A DNA stretch of 64,000 nt, from assembly GCA_965240325.2 (NCBI GenBank), contig OZ251253.1:806001-870000 (forward strand). Direction: 5' to 3'. The DNA is from Rebecca billardiae RCC1528 (Eukaryota; Protista; Haptophyta). This document shows positions 46,968 through 60,068 of the stretch, piece by piece (the stretch's first letter is position 1; each line of letters opens with the position of its first letter). Made by a program: the position numbers and the translations under genes. The notes beneath the pieces were generated by a model. The model saw nothing but the letters and a program-made list of their open reading frames with translations, was not told the DNA's origin and searched no databases.

Positions 46968-48562
46968 ATGACGCGCACGTTGCGCCTGCCACTCGCGCTG
47001 CTCGCGCTCGCGCACGCCGTGCTCGCGCACGCCGGCGCGCGCGCGCCGTGCGCGCCGGCGCGCGCGCTCGCGCCGCGCCGAGCGGCGCCGCGCTCGCCGC
47101 GCGCGGCGACCGCGGCGACCGCGACGGCGGACGGCGGCGGCGAGGCGCCGCCCGCGCTGGAGACCGCCGCCGAGCGCGAGGGCGCGCTGCGCGAGCTGCT
47201 CGCCCCCGCCGCCGCCGAGCCCGCCCCCTCGTCCGCGCTCGGGCGCGGCACCTCGCTCGACAAGTCGCTCTCGCGCATGCCCGCCGCGCTGCAGTACAAC
47301 AGCGTGCTGCTCGGCACGCTGGCGAAGGGGCCGAGCGCGTCGGCGCTGGCGGAGGGGCTGCTCCTCGTGCGCGCGCCGCGCCGCGCCGTGCGCGCGGGTG
47401 AGGGTGCGGGTGAGGGTGCGGGTGAGGGTGAGGGTGCGGGTGCGGGTGCGTGTGTTTGCGCCCTCCCGCTGCTGTGCGCCCTCACGCCCATCGGCCCCCC
47501 ACCGCCGCCCCCCACCTTTGCGCGTGCCCTGTGCAGGTGGACGAGATGTCGCGCGCGCGCATCGCGCTCTCCGACGCCGCGATCCAGGCGCTCGTCGACG
47601 CCGCGCCCCCCGCGGACGTGCGCGCGCTCTCGCTCGTGTTCGGCTCTTTGCTGGCCAACCCGGCGTGCAGCGGGTACGCGCGCTGCGTGCGCGCGGGCGC
47701 GGGGCTGGAGCTGCCGCCCGAGCGGAGCGGCGCGCGCGAGCGCACGCTGGGCTCGCTCGCGCCGCCGCCCGCCGACAGTGCCGCGCAGGACTCGCTCGCC
47801 TTCACCGGGCTCCTCGTCGCGGGCGGCGCGCTCGGGCTGGACGAGCTGTGCCACGCAATCTCGACCGATCTCGCGCCGTACGCGCCGCCGCCCGCGCTCG
47901 TGGCGCTCGGGCTGGGCGCGGCGCTCGCGGCCGACCGGTACGCGAACCGCGGCGCGGGCGCCGCGATGCTCGCGCGCGGCGGCGGCCGCGTCGGCGGCGC
48001 CGACGTCGCGCGCGAGGCGCGCGCCGAGGCGGCCGCGTGCACGCTCGGGTACGTGCTCGGGCTGCCGTGGTGCGCGCTCGAGCCGCGCGCGCGGCGCGTG
48101 TGCCGCGCGGACACGCTGGCGCTCGCCGCGGCGGACGAGGACGGGACGCCCGGCGCGGCCGCGCGGGGCGGCGGCGGCGGCGCGCCGGGCCCGCTCGGCG
48201 CGTGGGGCCTCGGCGGCGCCGCGCGCGCGGCGGGCTCGGTCGACCGCTGCCTCGTGTGGCTGCTCGCGCCCGCGGCCGCCGAGTGGGCGGCGCACGGCGA
48301 GCTCAAGTACGCGAGCACCGCGGAGGCGGCCGCGCTGCTCGCCGCGCTGCGCAGCTCGGAGAGCGAGGCCGCGGCGCGCGCGCTCGGCGAGGGCGGCTGG
48401 GCGGCGGAGGAGGACGGCGCGCGCGTCGCGTGGGCGTGGGCGCAGGCGCGCGCGCTGCTCAAGCAGTTTGACGGCGCCACCCAGCGGCTCGCCGACGCGA
48501 TGGCGGCGGGCGGCCTCACCGCGGGCGGCGCCGTGTGCCGCATCGAGGCGGCGCTGCGCTGA
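46968..48562 (+). CDS. Signal/transit-peptide protein with a PPR-like helix pair and a degenerate peptidase M41-like domain; intron 47367-47536
   Basis: Exons are 399 + 1026 nt in frame. REARAEAAACTLGYVLGLP and LVWLLAPAAAE parallel the HEAGH..AYLLGLP and LxAGxAAE motifs of M41-like plastid proteins, but HExxH is absent. Confidence 0.65.
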
Positions 48563-51347
48563 GCGGCTGCGCTGAGCGGCGGCGCGCGCGCGGCGTGCGG
48601 ACGAGAGTGGCGCAGGCCGCGGCGGCGCGCACGGCTGCGCGCCGCTCAGGCTGTCCGTCCCTCAGGCTGTCCCTCAGGCTGTCTGTCCCTCAGGCGGCGC
48701 CGCGCCGGTCGCTGCGTGAGCGGTGACGCGGCCGCGCCACGACGGCCGCCAGTGCGGCGCGATCCGGCCCGAGGACGAGCTCGACGACGAATCATCATAC
48801 GCCGATGAGCGGCGGCGACTACACAGCACTCAGCAGCGCCTAGCTACCATACACACGCAGCGCGCGCCACGCGTAGAGGGCCCAGAGCCCCACTGGGGGG
48901 TGCGTGGCCCAAAATCCGCCCAACCGCAGTCCTGTCGTCTCGCCTACGCTCGGACAGGTCACCGTGCTGCCAGTGAGATCGGACTAGCGGGGCTGGCTCG
49001 GCACCAGCGCGTAATTAGGTATATATGACCGCGTTCCCGGCGCGCAGTCCTCTTCCGTCAGAACCAACGTAGTTGGGGGCCCGCGGTGCAGCTGTGCCAC
49101 CCGCTCCGTCACCGCCACGGCACGGCGTCGCCCGTCGCATATGCCACCTCGCTGCATCAGTCGCGCGGACTCATCCACTCGCCGCTGGCCGCGCAGATCT
49201 GAGCCTGTGGGCTTTCGTGTCAGGCAGTCAGGCATCCGTCGTGCCCATCAGCGCCCGAGAGCTGGCTGGCTCAGTCACTGAGTGAGTGAGAGCCGCCGCT
49301 CTAACAGCGCGCGGTCCGAGCTCGCGCGCCAAACGCCCGCCCATGCGCCAGTCAAGCCGTCGAGACTCGAGACAGCTCGGATGCGGCGGACGAGAGCAAA
49401 ATCCATCACAGCTCGGCCATGGACGGCGCGAGCGAGGGCTTGGGCGAGCGAGATGGCCGTGGTGGCTGCTCCACATCCCGACAAAACGTCCATCAGGCGA
49501 AGCGGCTCCGCACTGCAGATCAGGCTCGGCGCCAGACGGCTGAGCCGGAACGTCCTCGCGAGGCCCCGCGCTTCAACACGCCGAGAATTCAGCTGCGCGG
49601 CGTGCGGCGTGGCGCGCGCGGGCGCGCGCATGGTCAGCTGGAAACACAGCGACGAGAAACTCGCCTCGCCCCCACGCGCCACGCGCATTCGCACCCATAA
49701 TATCACACGCGAGGAGCATCGTCCGATGAGTGAAGCTACTCGGCAGCTTCATTGGCACCGGTGAGTCTAAGCTCACGGCTGCGCAGTCAATAAACGATGA
49801 ACTCGAGGGACACCCCATGCTGCTGTCACCTGCGGAGTAGGCCTGGATTCACGCGTTAGGATGCCCCGCGGTCTCCTCCTCGTACCGTCGCCGACCGCTC
49901 TCCGCGCGCGGGCGTTGACATCGATTCGTCGGTCCGCCGGTCGTGCTCGGTTGGAAGCCGCACTGACTGGGCCGAAGAGGGATCGGCAGGGCGGGGCGCG
50001 CGGGGTGAGCGGGGCACGAAAGCGACGCCGATGACCGTCGGGACCCGCCGCAGCCGCGCGCACCTGCGCTGAGTCCGTCGGATTGAACGCCTCGTGCGCA
50101 GCGCCGCCGGCGCGAGGCACCGGCCTCGGCTTGCTGAATGAGCCCTTCTCAGCGGGCTCAAACCTACCGACCCGGTCGGGATCCGCCGCACAGGCGACGG
50201 GCGGCCAGGGAGATAGTATGAAGATTGCGTTGTGGTGGCGCGATCAACATTTGATCATCAAACGTCGTCGCTCCTTGAATATCATTGGCCGAAAAATTCG
50301 CATCGCTTGTAACGGTTCGTTACGTTAGGGATCCTAAAGGGCGTGAAGTTTTTTGGACGGGCGTCACTCCACGCTTTACTATGAACTTGCCGTGGGCGCG
50401 ACCTTTTTCGACGCTAATGCACCTGTAAGGGAGTCTCAAAATTCGAAACTCGGTCTCCTCCAGCCATGAAAATCGTCCCCCGTCCCTTTTTTCTTGATCA
50501 AATATCTTTTTGAAACGTTGTTCGGGCCCGCTGGTGCGGGCTCCACGCTGCGCGCTCCGCCCTGCACCGCGGGCCATTAATATATAAGTAGTCGCGGCTG
50601 AAAATATAATTATTAACTGCTTCGATCGGGCGGGATGTCGCGTCGTCAATTATTAGTGCCTGATGATGCTGATGCAATCGGCGCGGACCGGAGCTGGGGT
50701 CGACGCTCACAACTGCTAATCGGCGCGACGACGACGCCGTACCGAGCGCGGTGACCGCTATACCGTGCGTCATTAGCGCTCTGACGCGATCGTCACTAGT
50801 AGTATGAGCGGTATAGTATATAGCGCAGTTGTCTGATGATTGATGATATATGCTGTGACGACATCACATCATTATTATATTATAATCTGCCGGCCGGGCG
50901 CGCCGCGCGCGAGTCATCGGCCAGCTGAGCGGCACCGTCGGCTTCGCGGTCGTCGCCATAACTCATAAGTATTAACGACGACATACTATATATCATATAT
51001 ATCAATCGCGCGCGCTCATTGACGCGGATACGCATGATCAGCAACGGCCAGCAGACAGCAGCTAGACCAGATTACATCGTCATCATATATCGTGATCGGA
51101 TCGCGATCGGATTGCGGCGGCGACAGTCAGCAGACGCGACAGACGAGTAGTCAGTCGCGGAGCCGCGCCCGACAGTCGGCAAGCTGCGATGACACTTATT
51201 AGCAGCCAGTCGGGGCGGCTGCCGTGCCATTCCGCCCCCGCGCGCGCGGCGGTCCGCTGCTGAATCGTCCACCCACCTGCTAAGTCCGGCTGCACGACGA
51301 CCACGACTTGACGACTACTGCTGCGTAGCCCGCAGCGCATCAGGCCG

Positions 51348-51774
51348 TCAGAGCAGCGCGGACGCGCTCGTGACCGACGACGTGCGCGAGCGCGCCGCGG
51401 CGGCCGTCGACGGTCGTCGCCTGCTGGCGCTGCCAGCGTGATGCGGCGGCTGCGCCGCGCCGGCGAGCTGCGTCGGCGCCTTGGCGAGCGCTTCGGCCGC
51501 GCGGCCCGCGCCCGGCTCGGCGGCGCCAACCGGCGGCGGCGCGCCGCCCGCCGCCGCCGCGCCGAGCAGCGCGGCCGCGGCGTGTCCCGACAGCAGCGGC
51601 GCGCCAAAGGGCACGCGCACGCCCGCGCTGCCCAGCGCGCCGGCGCGCGGCCCGAGCGCCGCGTCGGCGGCGGCGGCGGCGCGCGCGGCGGCGAGTGCGC
51701 GCAGTGCCTCGACGCGCTCGCCCGCCGTCTGCGCGGCGCGCGCGGACGGCGGGCGCGAGCGGCCTGCAGCGCCG

Positions 51775-51813
<39 letters not shown>

Positions 51814-53274
51814 GCGGAGGCGGTGCCCACGCTCGCGCGCGCGCTCGAGACGACGGCCTCGGCGCGGAGGGCGCCCGGCGCGGGCGGCAGCTCGACCGCC
51901 GTGACCGTCGAGAGCCGGGGGCCCGCAGCGCGCCCGCCGCGCGCGCCGAACGCGCGCGCGGCCGAGAGCGCGCCGCCCGCCGCGCCCGCCTCGCGCGCGC
52001 CGCCTGCCGTGCGCGGCCGCGGCCGCGCGCGCACGCGCGGCGGCGACGGCGCGCGTGGCGGCGCGGCGGGCTCGGCGGCGTGCGCGTGGCGCGAGCCGAG
52101 CGTGGCGAGGTTGCCCTGCCCGCCCGTGTACGCCACCGTGCAGAAGGCCTGCATCGCCACCTGCGCGCGCAGGGCGGGTACGAGTAGGGGTAGGGGTAGG
52201 GGTAGGGGCGGGGGCACGTGAGTGCGCGTAGGCGCGCGCGGCGCGGTGGCGCGGTGCGGTGTGTGCGCACACCTCGAGGTGGCGGCTGCGCTCGTGCCGC
52301 AGCACGGCCAGCCTGTGCTCGAGCGCCGCCACCCTGCGCTCGTGCGCCGCCTCCATCGCCGCCAGGTGCCGCTCGCCCCGCCCCATCCTGCGACGCCCCG
52401 CCGCCCCGCCGCCGCTGCCGCCGCTGCCGCCGCTGCCGCCGCTGCCCTCGGGCTGCGCGCGCGGCACCGTCAGCGCACCGCCCTGAGCGCCCTCCGCGCC
52501 CTCGGGGGCGGGCGCGGCGCGCATGCGGTTGGCGCTGAGCAGCTGCCGGCGCACGTCGGCCAGCTCCTTGCGCGCCGCGTCCGCGTCGGCGTGCGCGCCC
52601 GCCTGCTTGAGCTGCGCGCCGCGCGGCCGGCGGCGCGCGGCGCGTGCGTGCGCGCGTGAGCCGCGTGCGCGCGAGCACGCGCGCAACCCGCGCGCGTGCA
52701 CACGCGCACCTGCATCTTGTGCTCCGCGTGGAGGATGCGCTCGAGCAGCATGCCCACGCGCGGAGACCAGGGCGCGCCGCCCTCGTGGTGCCCCACCGTC
52801 ACCAGCGCCAGCTGCCGCCGCAGCTGCGTGTTCTCCGCGCGCAGCAGCGCGAGCGCCGCGCCTTCGGGCAGCAGCAGCCGCGCGCGGCCCACCGCCGCGT
52901 CCGACTGCGCGGCGTCGGCGCGCGCCGCGTCCGCGTCGGCGCGCGCGTCGTGCGCGGTGAGCCGCGCGCCGGCGAGCTCCACCTCCAGCGCGCGCGCGCG
53001 CTCGGCGAGCGCCTGCGCCGCCTCGAGCTGCGCGCGCGCCGCCGCCGCGTCGGCCGCGCTGCGCACGCGCACGCGCTCGACGGCCACCTCGAGCGAAGCC
53101 TCGAGCGCGCCCAGGCCCGCCTCTACGCGCAGGGCGTGGCGCTCGAAGCCGCCGGGGAGCACGCCCGCGGCGGCGGGGCCGCCGGCGGCGGCGGGGCCGC
53201 CGTCGAAGGAGACGGGCGAGGCGGAGCGCCGCGAGCTGCCGCCCGAGCCGGAGACCGCCAGCGCCTGCGCCCGC

Positions 53275-53311
<37 letters not shown>

Positions 53312-56300
53312 GCTCCGCGGCCACGCCGTCGTCGTCGTCGTCGTCGTCGGTGGGCGCGCCGTCCGCGTACGCGAAGAGGGCGTGCGCGTGCGCGCCCAGC
53401 TCGGCGACGGCGTCGGCCAGCCGCGCCATCCGCCCCTCGTGCTGCGCGAGCACCACCGCCACGCCCTGCATCACGTCGGAGCCGCCCGCGCCGCCGCCCA
53501 CGCTCACGCGGCCGCGCGCGCCCGCCAGCCCGGTGCGCGAGAGCGCGGCGCTGGCGGAGACGGCGGAGGCGGCGGAGGAGCGGCGGGAGTCGAGGCCCGC
53601 GCCGGAGACGCGGCGCGAGGAGGCGGCGCGGGCGGCGGCGGTGTCGAGCGTCGCGCCGAGCGCGTCGGCGCCCTCCTCCTCCTCCTCCGTCCCGCCGCTG
53701 TGCCGGCTGGGCCTGGGGTGCTGCCTGGGGTGCTGCGGCGGTGCGGGGCCGCCAGGCGCCACGGCACCCCGCGCGCCGCCAGCGCCCGCCACGCCGCCGC
53801 CGCCGCCCGGCGAGCGCAGGCGGGACGAGCGGGTGGGCGAGCGGCCCGGCGAGCGGGTGGGCGAGCGGCTCGGCGAGAGCAGCCCGTCGAGCAGCTCGTC
53901 CAGCTCGGCGGAGGCGCCGGTGGCGACGCGCAGCCCCCCGGAGCGCGGCCCACCGGCTGAGGCGGAGGCGGAGGCGGAGGCGGAGGCGGAGGCGGAGGGC
54001 GGCGCGCCGCACCCACACGCGCCGCGCGCGGACGGGCGCGCGCGCGCGGGCGCGGCGGAGGCGGGCCGCGCGCGCCGGCTGGAGTCGGCGTCGGGCGCGG
54101 GCGCGCCCGCCTCCGCGCCGAGCTCGCGCCCCGCCCACGCGCCCGACGCGCTCGGCCGCCGCCCGCCGCTCGCCTCGAGCGCCGCGCCCGCGGCCGCGCT
54201 CAGCCGCCGCCCGCCGCCGGCGCGCGGCCGCGCGGCCGAAGCGCCCGCACCGTCGGGCTCGGCGTCGGAGTCGGCGTCGCTCTCGCTCGAGCGCGACGCG
54301 CCGCCGAGCAGCGCGTCGCTCGAGCCGAGCAGCTGCAGCGTCGCCTGCGCCTCCCGAGCGGCGAGCGCGCCGCCCCAGCGGCGCTGGATGAGCGCGGCCG
54401 CGCGCGCGCGCGTCGCGTGCCGCAGGGCGAGCGCAGTCCGCGCGAGCTCGAGGCGCGCGGCGGCGGCCTCGGCCTCGGCCTCGCCGAGCGCGCCGGCCCA
54501 CACCTGCACCGCCACGCGCCACCGCTCGTCCGAGCCGCGCGCGCGCGCCGCGATCTCCGCGGTGGTGTGCGCCAGCAGCTGCCCCACGTCCGCGCCCTCG
54601 GCCGAGGCGAGCGCGAGCTCGGTGAGGCGTCCGCGCGTGTCTGCGTGCGCGGACGCCTCGGCGGCGAGGGCGGCGCGGGCGGAGGCGGCGTCGGCGGCCG
54701 CGTCGTCGGCGCGCGCGAGCGCCGCCGCCGCCTCGAGCCGCGCGCGCCGCGCCTCGCCCTCCGCCCGCGCCGCCGCGGCCGCGGCCGCGCCGAGCTCGGC
54801 GTCCGCGTCGCCGAGCGCGGCGCGGAGCGCGCGAGACCCGCCCGCCGCGCCCGCCGGGTCGGCGACGGCGCGGAGCGCGTCGGCGGGCTCGCCGTACGGC
54901 GGCGGCGCGGCGGCGGCGGCGGCGGCGGCCCCGCCGCCCCCGCCCCCGCCGGCGGCGGCACCGCCGCCCCCGCCGCCGCCGCCGCCGCCCTCGGCGCGCG
55001 CGCGCGCGAGCGCCTCCGCCGCGTCGAAGAAGAGACGCTGCAGCGCGCCACCGCCGGCGGGCGGCGGCGCGAGCGCGGACGCCACCACCGCCTCGGCGGA
55101 GGCGCCCGGCCCGAGCGGGCCGCCGGCCGGTGGCGCGTCGTACCGGTCGAGGCCGGGGCGCGCCGGCCCGTACACGAGCTCGGCGCGCGCCGCGTCGCCG
55201 CCGCCGGCGGCCGCGCGGCGCGGCGGTGCGCCGCTGTGCCGCTGTGGCTGCGCGTGGGGCTGGGGCTGCGCGTGGGGCGGCGGCGGACGGAGCAGCGGCG
55301 CGAGCAGCGCGGCCGCGCCGGCGAGCGCGGCGTCGACGAGCGCCTTGGCGGCGTCGGCGGAGAAGGGCGCGACGCCGCCGCCGCCCCCGCCGCTCACCAC
55401 CACGCCGCGCCCGCCGCCGCCGCTCGCGCCGACGGCCCACTCGCGCGACACGCGCGGCGGCGCGAGCCGCGCCGCCTCCGCCTCGGCGGCGCGCGCGGCG
55501 GCGCGCGCGTCGGCGAGCTCGGCCGCGGCGCGCTCGGCGGCCTCCTCGGCGGCGTCGAGGCGGCGCTGCAGCGCGGCGAGCTCGCCCGCCGACACGGCCG
55601 CCTTCGCCTTCGCCACCGCCGCCTCGAGCGCCTCCGCGTGCGCCGCCTCGGCGCGCGCGAGCCGGCGCGCCGCGCCGTCCGCGTCGGCGCGCGCGGCGTC
55701 GCGCTCGGCGCGCGCCGCCTCCGCGTCGGCCGCGGCGGCGTTGGCGCGCGCGGCGGCGGTGCGCGCGTGCGCGTGGGCGTTCTCGAGCTGCGACGCCGCG
55801 TGGTCCGCCGCCGCCTTCTCCCCCGCCAGCGCCGCCTCCGCCATCTCGCGCCGCCGCGCCTCCTCCGCCGCCTCGGCCGCGGTCGCCGCGCCGGCCGCGG
55901 CCGCGCGCTCGTCTGCGTCCGCCGCGGCCGCGCGCGCGCGGCGCAGCTCGCGGCCGAGCGCGTCGGCGTCGGCCTCGGCCTCGGCGAGCTCGCGGCGGTG
56001 CACCCGCCCCTCCTCCTCGCCCCGCGCCACCTCCGCCGCGAGCTCGCCCGCCGCGTCCCCCGCGTGCGCCGCGCGCGCCTCGGCCGCGGCCGCGGCCGCG
56101 ACGAGCGCGTCGAGCTGCTCGCGCAGCGCGCCCACCGCCGCGCGGTGCGCGGCGAGCGCGCGCTCGTGCTTGGCGGCGCGCTCGCGGCGCGAGGCGGCGT
56201 GGAGCGCGTCGGCGGACGGCGCGTCCTCCACCTCGAGCAGCTCCCCGTGCGCCCCCTCGCGCTGCCCCGCGTCGAGCAGCGCCTGGCGCTCCGCGCCGTC

Positions 56301-56709
56301 CGTGCCGCCGAGCGCGTCCTCGAGCGAGCGGCAGAGCGCCTCGAGCGCGGCGCCGGCGGCGCCGAGGAGGAAGGCGCGCGACTGCTGCGAGGCGGAGAGC
56401 GTGGTGCCGCCGACGGCGAGCCGGTCGCGCACCTGCGCCACCAGCGCGGCGGACCAGCCCTCCGTCTCCGCCAGCACCGCCAGCGCGCGCTGCAGCTGCG
56501 TCGGCTCGCGCCCGCCGCCCGCCTCGATCTGCGCAATCTCGAACGCAAAGGCCTTGTCGTCGCGCAGCGCGCCGGCGTCCTCCGACTCGGCGTCGTGCTC
56601 GTCGAGCAGCGCGGCGATCCGCCCCTTCGTCGCGTGGTACTCCTCCTCGCGCAGCTTCCGCTTGAACTCCGCCATCGGGTCCGCGTCCGCGACGACCGCG
56701 GGCACGCGA

Positions 56710-56741
<32 letters not shown>

Positions 56742-56901
56742 CCAGTGGGCGCCGGCGTGGCCGGGGAGGGGCGAAGACGGGTTGCTCGCCACGCGGTGCG
56801 CCAGCATACTCGCGCTCACCACGCCGCGCAGCTTCGCCGCCGCGCTCGCCACGCCCTCGCCGCCGCCGGCGGCGGCGGCGGCGGCGCCGCCGCCGCGCCG
56901 C

Positions 56902-56932
<31 letters not shown>

Positions 56933-57134
56933 GCGGCGCGGGCGCGCGGACGGCGGGCGCGGCGGTGCGCGGGCGGGCGCGGCGGGCGGAGCTGCTCGCC
57001 TCCCCCTTTGGCGGCACGCGCGCGTTCGGCGGCGTGCGCACCGGCGTCTCGTCCACCCCGACGTCGCCAGCGTACGTGAGCCCCAGCCAGGCGGGCTCCA
57101 TCGCTGCTGCTCCTTTGGCGCCGCTCGCCAGCAT
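51348..57134 (-). CDS. Very large Ala-rich coiled-coil protein with an IQ-like motif; introns 52612-52709 and 52161-52272
   Basis: 1554-aa ORF with heptad E/R/A/L-rich stretches and AAALIQRRWGG; two GT-AG introns extend the frame to the stop at 51348; poly-Q near the C-terminus. Confidence 0.75.
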
Positions 57135-57346
57135 GTCGTTTCATCACTCATCAGTCGCTCCCGTCCGGTCCGGCAGAAGGCCGGGTCCGGGCGGGCCGCT
57201 CAACTCGAGAGCTCGTCATCACCGCGCGAATAGGAAAAAGCCGCTCGTCGTCGCTCGGCCGACGCGGGCGCTTCGATCGAGACCGCTTGCGCGCGCACGC
57301 CGCACGCCACGCACACGCAGCCACCGCCCGCCGAGCGCACGCGCCG

Positions 57347-60031
57347 ATGCCGCTCTCGACGCGCGCCCGCCGGGGCGCGCGCGCCTCGCCCCGCCCCCTC
57401 GCCGCGCTCGCGCTCGCGCTCGCGTGCGCGCCCGGCGCGCGGTGCGCTCGGCTCGTGTGGGCGCGCGAGGGGCTGTGCCTCGCGCACACGCGCGCGCACG
57501 GCCTCGCGTTCGCGGCGTGCGACGGGCCGGGGACGAGCTGGACGCTGACGCGCGACGAGGGCGACGGCGCCCCGCTGCTCCGCGTCGCCACCGCGCCCGC
57601 CGCCGAGGCTGGCGCGCGCTGCCTCCAGCGCGCGGGGCTGTCGGCGCTGCGGCTCGAGCGCTGCAGGCCGGACGGCGGCGCGCGCGCGCTGGCGGACTAC
57701 GCGTGGAGGCTCGCGCCGGCGCCGGTGCCGCGCGAGCTCGACGGCTTCGTCGCGACGGTGAGCACCGTCACCCTCGCGCTCGCCGGCACCGAGCGCCTCT
57801 GCGCCGCGCGCGGGCGGCGGCCGCTCGGCGGCAGCGGCGCGACGCTGCGGCCGTGCGGCCGCGTCGGGCGCGACGGGCTGGTGATCGCGGCGGCGGAGGC
57901 GCAGGGCGCGCCGCGCGAGTTCGGCACGACGGCCAAGAACCGCGCGCGCGCCGCGCTCGCCGCCGCCATCGCCGTCGGCGCCATCATCTGGCAGCGCGTG
58001 CGCGCCGCCTCGCGCCGCGCGCCCGCCGAGTTTGCTCGGCTCGGGCCGGCGGCGCTCGGGCCGGCGGCGGGCGCGCGCGCGGCCGTGGCGACGGTGAGCT
58101 CGACGGCGGCGCCGACGCCGCAGCCGCCGCCGGAGGCGGCGCCGCGCGCCAAGCCGCCCGCCGAGCCCCCCGCCGCCGCGCCCGCGCGCGCGCGCGCGCC
58201 GCCCGCCGCCGCGCCGCCCGAGCCGGCCGCCGCTGCGCCCGCGCCCGCGCCCGTGCCCGTTGCTGCGCCGGAGCCCACCGCCGCGCCCGCGCCGAGCGCC
58301 GAGCCCGCGGCCGGCCCAAGCGGGCGCGACGCGCTCGAGGCCTCGCTGCGCAAGCTCTCCGTGCGCGACGTGCCGCTCAAGGGTGCGCGCGCGCTGCGCC
58401 GCGGTGCTCCCGCGCGCACTCAGAGCGCTGCGTCCGCGCAGCGCTCTGACTGACACGCGCGTGTGTGCGCGCACACGCGCGCGCAGGCAAGCGGCTGCTG
58501 CTGCGGCTGGACCTGAACGTGCCGCTGCAGCCCGCGGAGCAGGGCGGCGCGGTGCTCGACGACACGCGCCTCCGCGCCGCGCTGCCCACCATCCAGCACG
58601 CGCTGCGCGAGGGCGCACGCGCAGGTGCGCCACGCGCGCACACCCGCGCACACCCGCAGCAGCACCGCCGCAGCACCGTCGCAGCACCGCCGCCGCGTCC
58701 CGACCGCCGCGCCGCGCCCCGCCCGCGCCTCCCTCCGCGCGGTGTGCGCAGTGGTGCTGTGCGCGCACCTGGGCCGTCCGCAGGGCGTGCGCGTGCCTTC
58801 CCTCTCGCTGCGCCCCGTGTGCGCGCGCCTCTCGGAGCTGCTGGGGCTCGAGGTGCGCTGGAGCGAGGTGGCCGTGGGGCCCGCGGCGGAGGGCGCGGTG
58901 GCCGCGCTGCCCGAGGGCGGCGTGCTGCTGCTCGAGAACGTGCGCTTCTACCCCGAGGAGGAGGCGCCCCTGGGCGGGCCCGCCGCGCACCCCTCGGGCT
59001 TGGGCGCCGCGCTGGGCAGGCTAGGCGACGTGTACTGCTGCGACGCGTTCGCGTCCGCGCACCGCGCGCACGCGTCGCTGGTCGGCGTGCCGCTCACGCC
59101 GCGCTGCGCGGGGCTGCTGCTCGCGACCGAGCTCAGCTGGCTCGGCGGCGCGCTCGCCGCGCCGCGCCGGCCGTACCTCGCGGTGGTGGGCGGCGGCTCT
59201 CTGGGCGCGCGGCTGCCGCTGCTGCTCTCGCTGATCGAGACGGGTGCGAGCCGACGCGAGCCGACGCGAGCCGCCCACCCGCGCGCGCGCTCGCCCGGCC
59301 GCGCGCGCGCACGCGCCGCTCACGCCGCCCGGCCCTCCGCCGCGCGCGCGCGCCCGCGCGTGCGTGTGCGCGCCGGTGCGCCGCGCGCCTCTGCGCCGCA
59401 GTGGACGAGCTCGCGCTGGTGGGCGGCGTGGCGCACGCGTTCAAGCGCGGGGCGCTGGGCGTGCAGCTGGGGCGCTCGTCGGGCGAGGGCGCGGAGGCGG
59501 CCGCGCCGCTCGCGCAGCGGCTGATCGCGCGGCTGCAGGCGCGGCGCGTGCGGCTGTGCGTGCCCACCGACTGGATCACCGCCGACGCCTTCGCGCCCGA
59601 CGCGACGATCGGCCTCGCGACCGACGGCGGCGGCGTGCCCGCCCCGTGGCGCGCGCTCGACCTCGGCCCGCGCTCGGCCAAGGAGCTTGGCGCGGCCGTG
59701 CGCCGCGCCAACACGGCGCTGTGGGTGGGCGGCGCGCCCGGCGTCTTCGAGTTTGAGCGCTTCGGCGGGGGCACGCGCACGCTGGTCGGCGCGCTCGCCG
59801 AGGCGAGCGCGCGCGGCGCGACCACGATCGCCGCGGGCGGCGACGTCGGCGCCGCGCTCGCTCGGTTTGGCGCGGAGGGCCGGCTGTCGCACGCCTCCAC
59901 CTCCGAGCACGCGGCGGTGTGCGTGCTCAGCGGCCAGCTGCTGCCCGCGGTGGGCGCGCTCTCGGAGGCGAGCGGCGGCGCGTCCTCGCTGCTGCTCGAG
60001 GCGGTGGCGGCCGCGCACCCCGCCGAGGGCA

Positions 60032-60068
<37 letters not shown>

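Noticed and set aside
48878-50530. Possible additional TIR or Helitron element in the intergenic region
   Set aside because: Only short GGGCCC matches and a weak hairpin; no second copy, TSD or convincing termini in the window.
51340-58449. 1935-aa, 1917-aa and other long Arg/Ala-rich ORFs overlapping real genes (also 25..1146, 14448..17168, 22693..25122, 27359..29872)
   Set aside because: Shadow frames caused by stop-codon scarcity at very high GC; codon pattern and motifs support the other frame.
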